64,000 bases of DNA from a virus (lineage: Duplodnaviria > Caudoviricetes), in the IMG/VR virus record IMGVR_UViG_3300043255_000003, positions 7,224 through 71,223 of that record; one strand, 5' to 3'. Position 1 is the first letter of the stretch, and every line of letters begins with the position of its first letter. Made by a program: the position numbers and the translations under genes. Below are positions 17,876 through 26,956 of this stretch, piece by piece. The notes under the pieces were generated by a model, which was given only the letters and a program-made list of their open reading frames with translations, had not been told where the DNA came from and ran no database searches.

Positions 17876-20125
17876 TTATTGAAGAGGGCCACCACCGTTT
17901 ATCGGTGGCGGCGTAGCAAGAGGTTCTAGCGGCGTGGATGACCCGGACGTGTTCGGGTCAACTTCACCACCACCCTCTTTGAAACTTGCAAACAATTCAT
18001 CCATGGCGGCAGCCAACTCTGGATTGGCTGCGATCAATTCAGCGATCTCTGCGGCCTTGGCCATCGTCTCGGCTTCTGCCCGTGACGAATCGCTGAATGT
18101 TTTCGCTGTTCGTGATTCCTTGGTGCCGATGTCAGCTTCCTGATCGCGCTTGTCGCGGTCAGCCTGTTCGGCTTTCTGGTCGGCAGCGGCTTTACGCTGC
18201 TGTTCTGCGTCCGGTGAATCGGGATCGATCTGACCGTTCATTTCTCGGATGCGTCGGACCATCTCGTCTTTGCCCGGCAGATCCGACAGGTCAATGACCA
18301 TGTCGAGTAATTGCAACTGAACCTCTGGGTCAAGCTGGCCCATCATGTTCATCATGGACTCGAACATTGCGAGCCTGACGGTCTCGCGGAAGTCCTGCGT
18401 ATCGACAATGAAATCAGCCATGCTTTTGGTGATGTCATTCTCAACCGACTGCGAACCGTCGTTGGCTTGCATCGGCATGTTGATGTTCTCGAAAACCTCT
18501 GCGCCTTTTTCGTCCGTGATGCGGATGACCTTCGGCTCAGAGTAATACTGTTCGATCAGGGCGAGTTTCTTTTCGCCGTGAATCTGGATTGCAAAACGAA
18601 GGTTGTCGAACAGATCTGCGGTAACGACCGAGCCTTGCGTCTGCCGCAGGCTGATGGCGCTTCCTGAGATCGCGTTCGTGACTTCCCCTCGGTTTTCCTC
18701 GGTCACACCCGATGAGCCTTCGAGGAACTGCATGTCCTGAACCATCAGGTTGACGTGCTCGCGGGCCAGCGTCGTGTCGGAATTGATCTCCAGTTCCGAG
18801 CCACGGTTTTTCTTGATGATGCCGTCCGGGCGAGCGACCTGTTCTTCCAGTTCGTCCCAGTCTTCGACTGCGTCGTCGTCTGCGATCACCTGTTTCGTTG
18901 ACAGGATGTGCAGGGCTTTCGAGCGGCGCTTGTTCAGATCTTCCTGCGGATCTCGCATGTTGCGGATCACACCGTAAGGCTGGTTGTCGCGATCGCGTTT
19001 GAACGCATAGATCGGCGTGAACGGAAACTTGTCGTGCCGATACGGTGAGCCAGTGTCCTGAAGCATGCCCTTGTTGCAGAAAATCGCGACCCGGACTTTC
19101 ATGCGAATCGCGTTGTACACCGACGCGAAGCCGTTGTTGATCAATCGTTCCTGACCCGGCGAACGCTGCTGGCCCAGTTCCATGCCGTTGGCACGCATCA
19201 ACTGGTTGCGCAGTGGCTCACTCATCATCGGGCTGATGTTGCTGCGTAACAGTTCGACTCGCTCAGTGTGTCGGTACCAACACTCGATCAGCCTTACCCG
19301 CTTGCGGCGGATGCCGATGTGAAACGAATCCTGAAACATTGCGCGGCCCGACTGGATGGTGGTCGAGCCGGGTGTGAACGCGTGGTAGAGACCCGTGAAG
19401 CCGAGGTCATCGTCTTCGGTGAACGAGAACAGGTCATGCGATACCGCTGCCTGCCTGATGATCTCTGCGCGTTCCGGGAACATGGTGATCGCGATGTCTT
19501 CGTCCACCCACTTGGAGCGGAACAGGAACCGCGAATCAGAGTTGTCAGGTTCCTTGGCGAGTGGATCGTTCCACATATTTCGCCACGACTCCCAACGATC
19601 GAACAGTGGTTCCTTGGTCGGGTCGGAACGGATGCCGCATTCAAGCCAGCCGACGCCGACTTTCGTGCTGTCAGCAAACGCCATCGAGCGGTGGAACGGC
19701 GCGTGGTTCACGTCGTCCGTGAACTTCATCAACTTGGTTTTGGTTTGCGCTGGCTTCTGGTCGTCGGAGTTGCGGCCATGCACTTTGAAATCTACACGGG
19801 TGCGTCGCTCGGTGCCGAGTATCCAGCGGATGTGCTGCTGGATCTGGTTGAATACAAGCGGTGCCTGACCGCGTTCGCGGAGGACTTCTGCATCATCGTC
19901 CCGCCATTGAAGTCCGTCAAAAAAGTCTGCGTCTATCGTTTGCTCAAACCTGTTGTCCGAGGCTGATGTGCGCGCTTCATTCCACCATTCTTTCAGCACA
20001 GCCTCACGCTTCTTCGCGTCTTCGCTGTCGAGCGGATGAACGGTTTCTTTCTCGATGGGCGTATTAAGCGGACGCAACTCGTAAGGTACGTGTTCCTTTA
20101 CTACCCCGATTTCGATGTCAGGCAC
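17876..20125 (-). CDS. Portal protein (P22-like)
   Basis: 749 aa. DADFFDGLQW...RGQAPLVFNQIQQHIRWILGTERRTRVD...KVGVGWLE...PYGVIRNMRDPQEDLNKRRSKALH. Confidence 0.9.
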   Translation of the reverse strand: MPDIEIGVVKEHVPYELRPLNTPIEKETVHPLDSEDAKKREAVLKEWWNEARTSASDNRFEQTIDADFFDGLQWRDDDAEVLRERGQAPLVFNQIQQHIRWILGTERRTRVDFKVHGRNSDDQKPAQTKTKLMKFTDDVNHAPFHRSMAFADSTKVGVGWLECGIRSDPTKEPLFDRWESWRNMWNDPLAKEPDNSDSRFLFRSKWVDEDIAITMFPERAEIIRQAAVSHDLFSFTEDDDLGFTGLYHAFTPGSTTIQSGRAMFQDSFHIGIRRKRVRLIECWYRHTERVELLRSNISPMMSEPLRNQLMRANGMELGQQRSPGQERLINNGFASVYNAIRMKVRVAIFCNKGMLQDTGSPYRHDKFPFTPIYAFKRDRDNQPYGVIRNMRDPQEDLNKRRSKALHILSTKQVIADDDAVEDWDELEEQVARPDGIIKKNRGSELEINSDTTLAREHVNLMVQDMQFLEGSSGVTEENRGEVTNAISGSAISLRQTQGSVVTADLFDNLRFAIQIHGEKKLALIEQYYSEPKVIRITDEKGAEVFENINMPMQANDGSQSVENDITKSMADFIVDTQDFRETVRLAMFESMMNMMGQLDPEVQLQLLDMVIDLSDLPGKDEMVRRIREMNGQIDPDSPDAEQQRKAAADQKAEQADRDKRDQEADIGTKESRTAKTFSDSSRAEAETMAKAAEIAELIAANPELAAAMDELFASFKEGGGEVDPNTSGSSTPLEPLATPPPINGGGPLQ

Positions 20126-20137
20126 CGATAAACCCTC

Positions 20138-20488
20138 TTAGCTGACGAACTCTGACAGCGAACTCACGATGCCACTGAACAACGCATCTTTCGCCTGCTG
20201 TGGGGCAGGCAACTGATCGTATGGCACAAGGTTCGGATGGATCAGGTTTTCCCGGTCCAATGTTTCCCCAGCTTCGTACCCGTCGGCGTACATATCCTTG
20301 CACCAGTTTTCGTGCATCTCTTCCGGCGACGGGGTCTCTTTTCGTAGCGCGAAACAAACTCCATTCAGGATTCGTTCGCGATCTGTGTTCGGCAGGCAAT
20401 CCCATGTCGGTGAAACCGGGTCGCCGTTAACAATTTGCATCATTCGGCCAGCTTCGTGTGCGATCAGCGCAACTTGATTGATATCCAT
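20138..20488 (-). CDS. RyR-domain-like small protein
   Basis: 116 aa. HENW...GY..G...D.....HPNLVPYDQLP..QQAKD matches the RyR repeat signature. Confidence 0.75.
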   Translation of the reverse strand: MDINQVALIAHEAGRMMQIVNGDPVSPTWDCLPNTDRERILNGVCFALRKETPSPEEMHENWCKDMYADGYEAGETLDRENLIHPNLVPYDQLPAPQQAKDALFSGIVSSLSEFVS

Positions 20489-20994
20489 TAAGCGTCACCT
20501 CTGGCGAGTTCGGACGGATGCGGTGCGACTTCACTGAACCCTTCCGTGCTGTTGATGGTTGTCCCTTCCAGTTCGGCACCTACGGCGATCTGTTCATCAC
20601 CGATCGTCAACATGCCTTCCACTTCGCCAGATGATTTCTGCTGATCGATTTTCATCGGCTTCATGTTAATCAGGTCTTCGAGGCAATCCATAATCCCCTC
20701 GGCTATCCTGAACCGCGTCTGGATATCGTTGCCAAGGCCGAGCATCGCCGCAATTTTCGACGACGCATGTACCATGTATTCGCTGTGTCCGCTGCCCGGT
20801 GAGGCAACGTCATCGACGTATTTCCAAGCAGATTCCTGCGTGACCACCCATGCCCTGCGCCGGATGCTCAGAAAACGATGCGCCCGAATCACCAGTGCAG
20901 GTTCTTCGTTCACATACTGAAACAATATCTCGAAGTCTCCGAACTTACGGGACTTCACTATCGTCGGGTGAATTTGCACGGTGGCTCGCCTCAC
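20488..20994 (-). CDS. Hypothetical protein
   Basis: 168 aa with a GTG start, RBS GAGG, coupled to the RyR gene. Confidence 0.55.
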   Translation of the reverse strand: MRRATVQIHPTIVKSRKFGDFEILFQYVNEEPALVIRAHRFLSIRRRAWVVTQESAWKYVDDVASPGSGHSEYMVHASSKIAAMLGLGNDIQTRFRIAEGIMDCLEDLINMKPMKIDQQKSSGEVEGMLTIGDEQIAVGAELEGTTINSTEGFSEVAPHPSELARGDA

Positions 20995-21094
20995 CCTTCG
21001 TTCGTCTAGCTGTGTGGTTCGGATCTTATTGTTTTCGCGCCTGATCCTAGCGCCGCTATCGTGCCACGCGCAGAGGCTGTTGGCAAAGGTCCCG

Positions 21095-22600
21095 TCAGAC
21101 GGTGCGCCAGTTCGTGGCTTTGCGGCGTTTGCTCTTGACCTGCGACTTAGCTTTCCAGCCGACGGCGAAGGTCTCGAAACTCTTCGATGGGTGCGAAGCC
21201 CAGTCGTGGTGGGCCTTGCTCTTGAAGGTTCCGAGTTTTTCGTCCCACTCTTTTCGGTAATGCTCCAGACCTTTGATCAGATCCGCGCAGTTGGTCTGGT
21301 CGATCCAGCATGTCGGCAACACGTTGCGCACAGCCTCGACGCCGTCCATCTCGTCCTCGATGCGGGCGACCACTCGCAACGGACGCAGCCCCAGTTTCTG
21401 CAGCGTCTCGCGGCGTGACACGCCCGTGCCCATTTCGCGCACCTCGACATCGTGCGGCAGGAAGTGCTGCCCGTAGGTGTACGGTTTGTCCTGCAGGTGC
21501 TTGACGTAGTGAGACAGCGACTCGCCAGTGTTCGAGTAGTAATCGATGAAACGGTTTTCCATGCCGTATCTCTGATGGAAGCAAATACAGGTTTCGTCGT
21601 TCATCCCGAGATCCCAAAATGTATTTACGGGAAGTCGCGGCTCATAAGGCACGCGACAGATGTGCTTCTCCTGTCGCAGCCAGTTCATCTGCTGCTTGTA
21701 GAACGCACCCTCGATGCTGGCGCGGAACGCTTCGTCTGGTGTGGACGGGTACTCACGCAACATGAACTCGCCCTGCTCGGCGCGCTTCTTCACGTACCAC
21801 AGCCGCTGACCCAGATCGATCTTCTGGCCGATCTCCGCTTCCAGCTTGAGGAAGTACGTCAGGTCGTCGCGAGTCATGATCACGCTGTCCTTCGCGGACT
21901 CTGGCAGACGGTACTGGTTCTCACGCCACCACGGGAAGAAATGGAACCGCCAGTCGAGCGTGGTCGGGATCAGCCCCATGCGCTCGTTGTTGCGCGCCTC
22001 TTCGCAGATCTCATGGAAGTGACCGAACGCACCTTCGGCAGTTGATTCGATCGTGACTGACTGACCTGCTTGGACTGTGTTCAGGGCACCCGTGCGCACC
22101 TCGGCAGCTTTCTCAGGATACTTTGCGCACAGCTTTCCGTACTCGGAGATGTGCAGGTAGTTCAGCGTTCCAGAACGCATCGATGTGCCGACGCGGATGC
22201 TGGAGTGATTCGAGAACATATACTCGTTGCTGGTGTCCTGCGTAGGGTGCAGGAAATTCTTGATCTGATCGGGCAGGTGCTCGAACGGATACTTGACCTT
22301 GGTTTGGAAAATTACTTTCGCGTCGTCGCGAGTGTGGGCGATGATGCCGCAGCGGGTGTCAGGATAGAAGGCAGCGTTATCAAGTAACAGGATGTCCAGA
22401 AACGTCGTCATCCCCAACTGTCTCGCCTTCAGGATCACGTTCATAAACCAGAAGTTTTCCAGCAGTTCCTGCTGCGCCCAGTTGAGACGGAAGCGGACCT
22501 GCTCGCCCTTCTTGTCCTGAATCAAGTACAGGTTGTTCAGACGCCAACCCTGATCCTGAAACTGGTCTGCCAGTTGCGCTAACTGTGTTGAGTCTTCCAA
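21095..22600 (-). CDS. terL: Terminase large subunit
   Basis: VILKARQLGMTT (Walker A region), LHISEYGK, VTIESTAEG and TFWDLGMND nuclease motif. Probable TTG start at 22600, 8 nt after GGGAGG. The ORF track start is 22627. Confidence 0.92.
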   Translation of the reverse strand: MEDSTQLAQLADQFQDQGWRLNNLYLIQDKKGEQVRFRLNWAQQELLENFWFMNVILKARQLGMTTFLDILLLDNAAFYPDTRCGIIAHTRDDAKVIFQTKVKYPFEHLPDQIKNFLHPTQDTSNEYMFSNHSSIRVGTSMRSGTLNYLHISEYGKLCAKYPEKAAEVRTGALNTVQAGQSVTIESTAEGAFGHFHEICEEARNNERMGLIPTTLDWRFHFFPWWRENQYRLPESAKDSVIMTRDDLTYFLKLEAEIGQKIDLGQRLWYVKKRAEQGEFMLREYPSTPDEAFRASIEGAFYKQQMNWLRQEKHICRVPYEPRLPVNTFWDLGMNDETCICFHQRYGMENRFIDYYSNTGESLSHYVKHLQDKPYTYGQHFLPHDVEVREMGTGVSRRETLQKLGLRPLRVVARIEDEMDGVEAVRNVLPTCWIDQTNCADLIKGLEHYRKEWDEKLGTFKSKAHHDWASHPSKSFETFAVGWKAKSQVKSKRRKATNWRTV

Positions 22601-23225
22601 TGGTCGAGCCTCCCCGCGATTGTGCAACCAAGTCCATCAGTTTGGCCACACCATCGGTGTCGATCTTGTCTTGCTGGAACAGGCCAAGGATACGCGCTAA
22701 CGAATCGATTGCACCCTTCTTGTCAACAAACTTCACACGCGTCGTGGTGCCGATCGCCACCCGGTTGCTACCGCGCCCTTCGTACTCGGTGAAAACATCC
22801 AGTTGCGCGATCGCTTTGCGAGCGGCCTGCGGTACTTCATGGATCGTTCGCAGCCTGCCGTCTTCATCGAACAGGTCAGCCGGGTCGAAGAATGCGATGC
22901 ACGCGAGTTCATCGAGCAGGTGTTGTTCTTTGATCTGGCTGTTGCGACGCAGTCGCTGGCGACGCAGGTACATATACGCCCGCACCGTTTTGTTTTGCAT
23001 CAACCGGCTGGCTGCCATGGGCACGTTCTTGTCAGCGCCGTTATACCCGGCCTTCTTGTACGCGTTGTACCGATTCTCGTCCGGGTCGGCGAGCATGTGA
23101 TCGCAGAATCTGCGCTGCTTCGCCGTCAGGCCAAACTCGTCCACGGGAATACCGTTGTACGAGCCTTTTTTCTTGGCCCCTTTACGCTTGAACTGAACTT
23201 CCTTCGAGTTGGCTATGCCGCCCAT
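22380..23225 (-). CDS. terS: Terminase small subunit
   Basis: LTAKQRRFCDHML...AYKKAGY...ASRLMQN, LDELACIAFFDPADLFDEDGRL and KFVDKKGAIDSLARILGLF. The C-terminus extends about 220 nt into terL. Confidence 0.85.
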   Translation of the reverse strand: MGGIANSKEVQFKRKGAKKKGSYNGIPVDEFGLTAKQRRFCDHMLADPDENRYNAYKKAGYNGADKNVPMAASRLMQNKTVRAYMYLRRQRLRRNSQIKEQHLLDELACIAFFDPADLFDEDGRLRTIHEVPQAARKAIAQLDVFTEYEGRGSNRVAIGTTTRVKFVDKKGAIDSLARILGLFQQDKIDTDGVAKLMDLVAQSRGGSTIGRLNTVSATGRPVSGSGLASEQPVLDSGQEGRAGPLPSQLGAAGTAGKLLVYERDPEGETVGDDDVSGHPVT

Positions 23226-23733
23226 CTGTCTCTCGTAACGTGATCAGAGTCTGTTGTTCGCGCTTGGTTTTCACGCGGGTCTGGTGGTAGCGAGTATGCC
23301 TTATCACCGCTGGCGTGTCGTCCGCCAGAAACCCCAACTTTACCAGACCGTCGATGATCGGCTTCAGGCCACCTGTCAGGTTGTCTTCATCGAGTAGCTT
23401 TATGCCGCGCCGCTCAATCTCCAGCGAGCAGGTTTTCATGGGGGTCCCGAACAGGCCAAAGCCGCAGTGGCGGATCGACGCGTGATGCAACCGCGTGAGC
23501 CAGCCCGATTTTATCCGGTGGTATTCACGCCACGACTTGAACGTCCATTGGTTGGGCGAGGGGGTCGGGACGAAACAGGTGATGTGGAGGACGCGTTGCG
23601 GCTTCGTGTGGAGTTGGCTGATGCCGGTCTCTTCAGCTTTGCCGCGAGATTTCCCGCGAACGCTTCCACGCGTTCTTCCATTTTTTTTGCTGCCGCTATT
23701 ATTGCCCTGCGTCTTTTTTCGCATCCGCTGCAT
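23182..23733 (-). CDS. rusA: RusA-like Holliday junction resolvase / endodeoxyribonuclease
   Basis: LDEDNLTGGLKPIIDGLVKLGFLADD matches the RusA D-x-D-N-x-x-K-x-x-D...DD catalytic pattern. Start codon uncertain. Confidence 0.75.
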   Translation of the reverse strand: MQRMRKKTQGNNSGSKKNGRTRGSVRGKSRGKAEETGISQLHTKPQRVLHITCFVPTPSPNQWTFKSWREYHRIKSGWLTRLHHASIRHCGFGLFGTPMKTCSLEIERRGIKLLDEDNLTGGLKPIIDGLVKLGFLADDTPAVIRHTRYHQTRVKTKREQQTLITLRETDGRHSQLEGSSVQA

Positions 23734-23738
23734 GCCAT
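23511..23738 (-). CDS. Small CxxC protein MACSGCEKRRR, overlapping rusA in another frame
   Basis: 75 aa. Its ATG overlaps the TAA of the 23738..23905 ORF (TAATG coupling). Confidence 0.45.
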   Translation of the reverse strand: MACSGCEKRRRAIIAAAKKMEERVEAFAGNLAAKLKRPASANSTRSRNASSTSPVSSRPPRPTNGRSSRGVNTTG

Positions 23739-23905
23739 TACTTCTTCACCTTGTCAGGTGGGCGCGGAAGTTTATTCCGCTTGAACTGATTCTCGACAGC
23801 TTTCATGATCCGCGCATTGAACTCCTTATGCTGGCGGCGTCGTCGCGCTGCCGGGTTCTCCGGGACCTTGAGTTTTGGCGGCGGTTTTACTTCAGTTTCT
23901 GGCAC
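23738..23905 (-). CDS. Small basic protein (55 aa, not in ORF track)
   Basis: Manual translation from GTG 23905: VPETEVKPPPKLKVPENPAARRRRQHKEFNARIMKAVENQFKRNKLPRPPDKVKK. Fills the gap between neighbours. Confidence 0.5.
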   Translation of the reverse strand: MPETEVKPPPKLKVPENPAARRRRQHKEFNARIMKAVENQFKRNKLPRPPDKVKK

Positions 23906-24119
23906 CGGCTGCCACCCTGCGCCGCTTGCCCTTGGTGCGGGCTTTGATCCGGTCGAGGATCACCTGACTGTTCTGACCAGAGGCCAGTTGGCTGATGTCT
24001 CTTGCGGACGCGTCCGGTGGACGCGGCAACTTGTTGAACAATTTTTTGGCATCTCCGGTAGGCATATCATTTTCTCCTTTCGCGAGCGCGCTTACGTGCA
24101 GCCTCGCGGTCTTTTTCAA
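23892..24119 (-). CDS. Small basic protein
   Basis: 75 aa, probably starting at MPTGDAKK after an AAGGAG RBS. Contains NKLPRPPD. Confidence 0.55.
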   Translation of the reverse strand: MKKTARLHVSALAKGENDMPTGDAKKLFNKLPRPPDASARDISQLASGQNSQVILDRIKARTKGKRRRVAAGARN

Positions 24120-24212
24120 CTTGCGACTTCGGCTTTTTGGCGGCAGGTGGCCGCAAGATTTTCAGTGCATCGAAAATGTTCTTGGTCGGTTCCTCTGGCT
24201 TGTCGTCAGCCA

Positions 24213-24830
24213 TCAGAACGATCCATGGACTCTGCGGGGCAACTTGCCGCCAGTACCCGCGTCGCTCAAAGTTTCGGACGGGAAGAAACGATTCTGGAAT
24301 GCAACGCGGGTCGGATCGGCATCGCGGCTCTCCTGCGTGCTCCCGCCTTTCTTGAAGAATCGATTAAACGCGGCCTTGGTAGTTGGGTCGGCCTGATTCG
24401 GCACGCTGAAGCCTGATAACGGATCACTCACGCTATCGAAGTTCGCGCCCTTCTGCGCGACAGCGTTTTCACTCAACCCGCCGATGCCAGCGCCCGGCGC
24501 GAGCAGCGCCTGTTGATCACCGGCAGTGTCGCGATTTTCACCACGGTCTGGTGCAGTCACCAAGTGCCGGGCAGCTTCCTGCACGCGAGAAGGATCTGGT
24601 GGGGCTTCGCGGCGGGCAGGTGGTCGGCGCTGTGCGGCGGTGCGTCCGCCTGCAGATCCGCGTGCTTGGAATTCGGTGCCTGTGCGTAGCACATCGCTGC
24701 CTGCCGCCTGATCACGAAACGATCTGCGAACGACGCCGTCGCCCTCGCCCCGAATCTGTCCGAACGTCTGGTTCCTGACCGTGCCGTCTTCGGCATCGGA
24801 GTCACGTTTCTGGGTGCGTCGGATCGCCAT
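24213..24830 (-). CDS. Hypothetical low-complexity protein
   Basis: 205 aa, R/A/G-rich, in the same-strand gene run. Confidence 0.5.
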   Translation of the reverse strand: MAIRRTQKRDSDAEDGTVRNQTFGQIRGEGDGVVRRSFRDQAAGSDVLRTGTEFQARGSAGGRTAAQRRPPARREAPPDPSRVQEAARHLVTAPDRGENRDTAGDQQALLAPGAGIGGLSENAVAQKGANFDSVSDPLSGFSVPNQADPTTKAAFNRFFKKGGSTQESRDADPTRVAFQNRFFPSETLSDAGTGGKLPRRVHGSF

Positions 24831-24967
24831 GATTATTCAGCGGAAGCCGACACGACAACAATGATCGGGCTATCGGGAGTGCGCATGTGCGAGCGCGGGG
24901 GTAGATCGGTTGCCATCGTGTCGGTCCCTAACCTGATGAACAAAGGTCACGGCGAGGGTAGCGCAGA

Positions 24968-25240
24968 TCAGCGAGACGGTCTACCAGATAATCCGCAAAA
25001 GCCTTTCTTGTCCGGCCCCACTGCTCCAGACATCCAGTCCCAGTGCATGCAGCGCGCACCAACGCAGTACGAACCTTCAAACGGTTTGCGCCGTTCAGGA
25101 TGGCGATTCACCGCAGTCACTGCCGGGCCTTCAGGCTGGGGCGAGTTCGGTTGCTGGTCCGCCGTGGTAATGATCGACGCGATGCGCGTCTCAGGGCACC
25201 AGTTTTCTGCTGCCCGTTTTTCTTGAATCGATTGCCCCAT
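24968..25240 (-). CDS. Small Cys-rich (Zn-binding?) protein
   Basis: 90 aa with WCP...CVGARCMHW...GFCGL. Confidence 0.6.
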   Translation of the reverse strand: MGQSIQEKRAAENWCPETRIASIITTADQQPNSPQPEGPAVTAVNRHPERRKPFEGSYCVGARCMHWDWMSGAVGPDKKGFCGLSGRPSR

Positions 25241-25251
25241 GATGTTCTCCG

Positions 25252-25533
25252 TTAAATTTTGTCGATGATCTTTTGAACGAGATCGTTGAATCGGTTGTCA
25301 AGTTTATCCACGTCTTCTTCGTTCTCTTCGACGCCTGCTTCCACGATGACGATGCGCGTCTCATGCTCCTGCACCTGACTCGCGGCCTTCGAGCCTGAAC
25401 TGAGCGCGATCTCGTCACGCGCAATGGTGCGCACATACTGCTCGCCTGCGAAATAAAACACGGCACCCAGAGCGACGATGATCGCCGTTACTGGCGCGGC
25501 AAGAACCTTGGCAGCATCAATGTATTTCTTCAT
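25252..25533 (-). CDS. Single-TM plus coiled-coil membrane protein
   Basis: 93 aa, hydrophobic LAAPVTAIIVALGAVFYFAG followed by heptads. Confidence 0.55.
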   Translation of the reverse strand: MKKYIDAAKVLAAPVTAIIVALGAVFYFAGEQYVRTIARDEIALSSGSKAASQVQEHETRIVIVEAGVEENEEDVDKLDNRFNDLVQKIIDKI

Positions 25534-26305
25534 CGGTCTGCTCCGGTAGCAATGCCTGCAGTTCCTGTTTCAGTCCCTGTCGTTCGCGAGCGCGTCGTTC
25601 TGCCGCCGCACCCTGCGCGTTGAGTTGATCCTGCAGCGCCGCGATCGCCTCGGCGTTGTCGTACACGGTGGACGAAGCCTCTTCGGCCCGTGCATTTATT
25701 TGCAGTTGCCCCTGCGCGACGGCTTCATCGACAGCGCGCCGAGCGTATTCGATCTCGCTGATGTAGCGCCGCTCCATGTAGTCAACGCAAAACCGTTGCC
25801 GCTTTCTGCCGGTGACTTCAAACCCAATAGCATTCCTGAATTTCTTCGAGCCACATTTCAGCAGGGCGCGCACCTCGGCATCGGCTTCCGCTTCGGCTAG
25901 TTGCGACATCCAGCAGTCGTTGTTCAGGTAATGGAAGCCGAGAAACCCGCCTGCACTGCCACCCGCACCACCGCCCTGCGCACCACCGAAGCAACCACTT
26001 GCCTGCGGGAACGTGGTGCTGAACGCAAAAAAATTCGTTTCGTTGGTTGTGTTGATCGTGTTCTCAGTTGATGGGCTGAGAATGCCGCCCTGTCCACCAG
26101 CGGATTGCGCGCCGACTTCACCGCCGCCCGCTTCGCCGAATAGCGAGACGTTGTTCTCGACGGACTGGTTCTGGGTTTGCTCGACGGACTGTGTCTGGGA
26201 CGCGTTCTGTGTGGAGTCGTTGCCGCGATGGGGAGGTCGGTTGTCCGGTGGCGTGGCCAACGCCGAACTTGCTACCAGCAGGATTGCCAAGCCGATCGTT
26301 CGCAT
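25517..26305 (-). CDS. Exported protein with signal peptide
   Basis: Probable start MRTIGLAILLVASSALA (RBS GGAG), then a Q/N-rich linker, a Gly-rich segment, 4 Cys and a C-terminal coiled coil. Confidence 0.6.
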   Translation of the reverse strand: MRTIGLAILLVASSALATPPDNRPPHRGNDSTQNASQTQSVEQTQNQSVENNVSLFGEAGGGEVGAQSAGGQGGILSPSTENTINTTNETNFFAFSTTFPQASGCFGGAQGGGAGGSAGGFLGFHYLNNDCWMSQLAEAEADAEVRALLKCGSKKFRNAIGFEVTGRKRQRFCVDYMERRYISEIEYARRAVDEAVAQGQLQINARAEEASSTVYDNAEAIAALQDQLNAQGAAAERRARERQGLKQELQALLPEQTDEEIH

Positions 26306-26324
26306 GTCTATCTCCAAGTTACCT

Positions 26325-26501
26325 TCAGGCTGGTTCTACTCCCGGATCGCCGAGAAATTTCACTTCCAGTGTCACGCCGGTTGTCGTTACCCGAATGTCC
26401 ACTTCTGCCACTTCGCCCTTGAGTATGATCGGTGAGTCGTCGCTTTCCAACCCTGCCTTCACCAGCGCGGCTGCCTCGATCTTCGTGAGTTTCAACAGCA
26501 T
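26325..26501 (-). CDS. Hypothetical protein (58 aa, not in ORF track)
   Basis: MLLKLTKIEAAALVKAGLESDDSPIILKGEVAEVDIRVTTTGVTLEVKFLGDPGVEPA, with RBS GGGGAG. Confidence 0.5.
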   Translation of the reverse strand: MLLKLTKIEAAALVKAGLESDDSPIILKGEVAEVDIRVTTTGVTLEVKFLGDPGVEPA

Positions 26502-26629
26502 TATTCGTCTCCCCGTCTAGCAAATACTGAAAAATACTTGGTACTGGATCGCGTTTTCCGGGCGCGATACCCCTGTCGATGTTTGACCTGATGCGCTCGA
26601 TCTCCGCAACGAAAAGTTCGCACTGCCGC

Positions 26630-26956
26630 TCAGTCAGCCCTTTCGGCGGCTCCGCTTCCTCCGTTAGTTCCGGCTTGTCTTTCACTGGTCGGTTCCATGG
26701 TGATCTCATGCAGCCTGACGTGTTCGGGCGATCCCTTGACGCCGAGGACACGGATGCGTCTTTGCTCCCATGGCACTTCCGCGAACGACTTGCCGCAGGG
26801 ACCGTCGTGGCATTGTGAGCAGAGATACCACCCTGCTGTAAAGATCTGCGTGGTGTACGGCACCCACCACATGCCGCAGGTCCCGCACTTCTCCGCGTCC
26901 GGGTGCGGCAGCGTATAGCGGACGAGGGCTGAACTTTTCCTAGCTGTCGAGTCCAT
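26630..26956 (-). CDS. Putative zinc-finger protein
   Basis: 108 aa with CGTC...CSQC. Confidence 0.4.
   Translation of the reverse strand: MDSTARKSSALVRYTLPHPDAEKCGTCGMWWVPYTTQIFTAGWYLCSQCHDGPCGKSFAEVPWEQRRIRVLGVKGSPEHVRLHEITMEPTSERQAGTNGGSGAAERAD

Noticed and set aside
25517-26305. Spanin assignment for the exported protein
   Set aside because: No lipobox Cys, it is far from the lysis cassette, and no nested o-spanin was seen.
26502-26751. ORF 26308..26751 as a real gene
   Set aside because: It overlaps both the 58-aa RBS-supported ORF and the CxxC ORF. Only its middle part looks protein-like and no clear start was found, so it is left unresolved.
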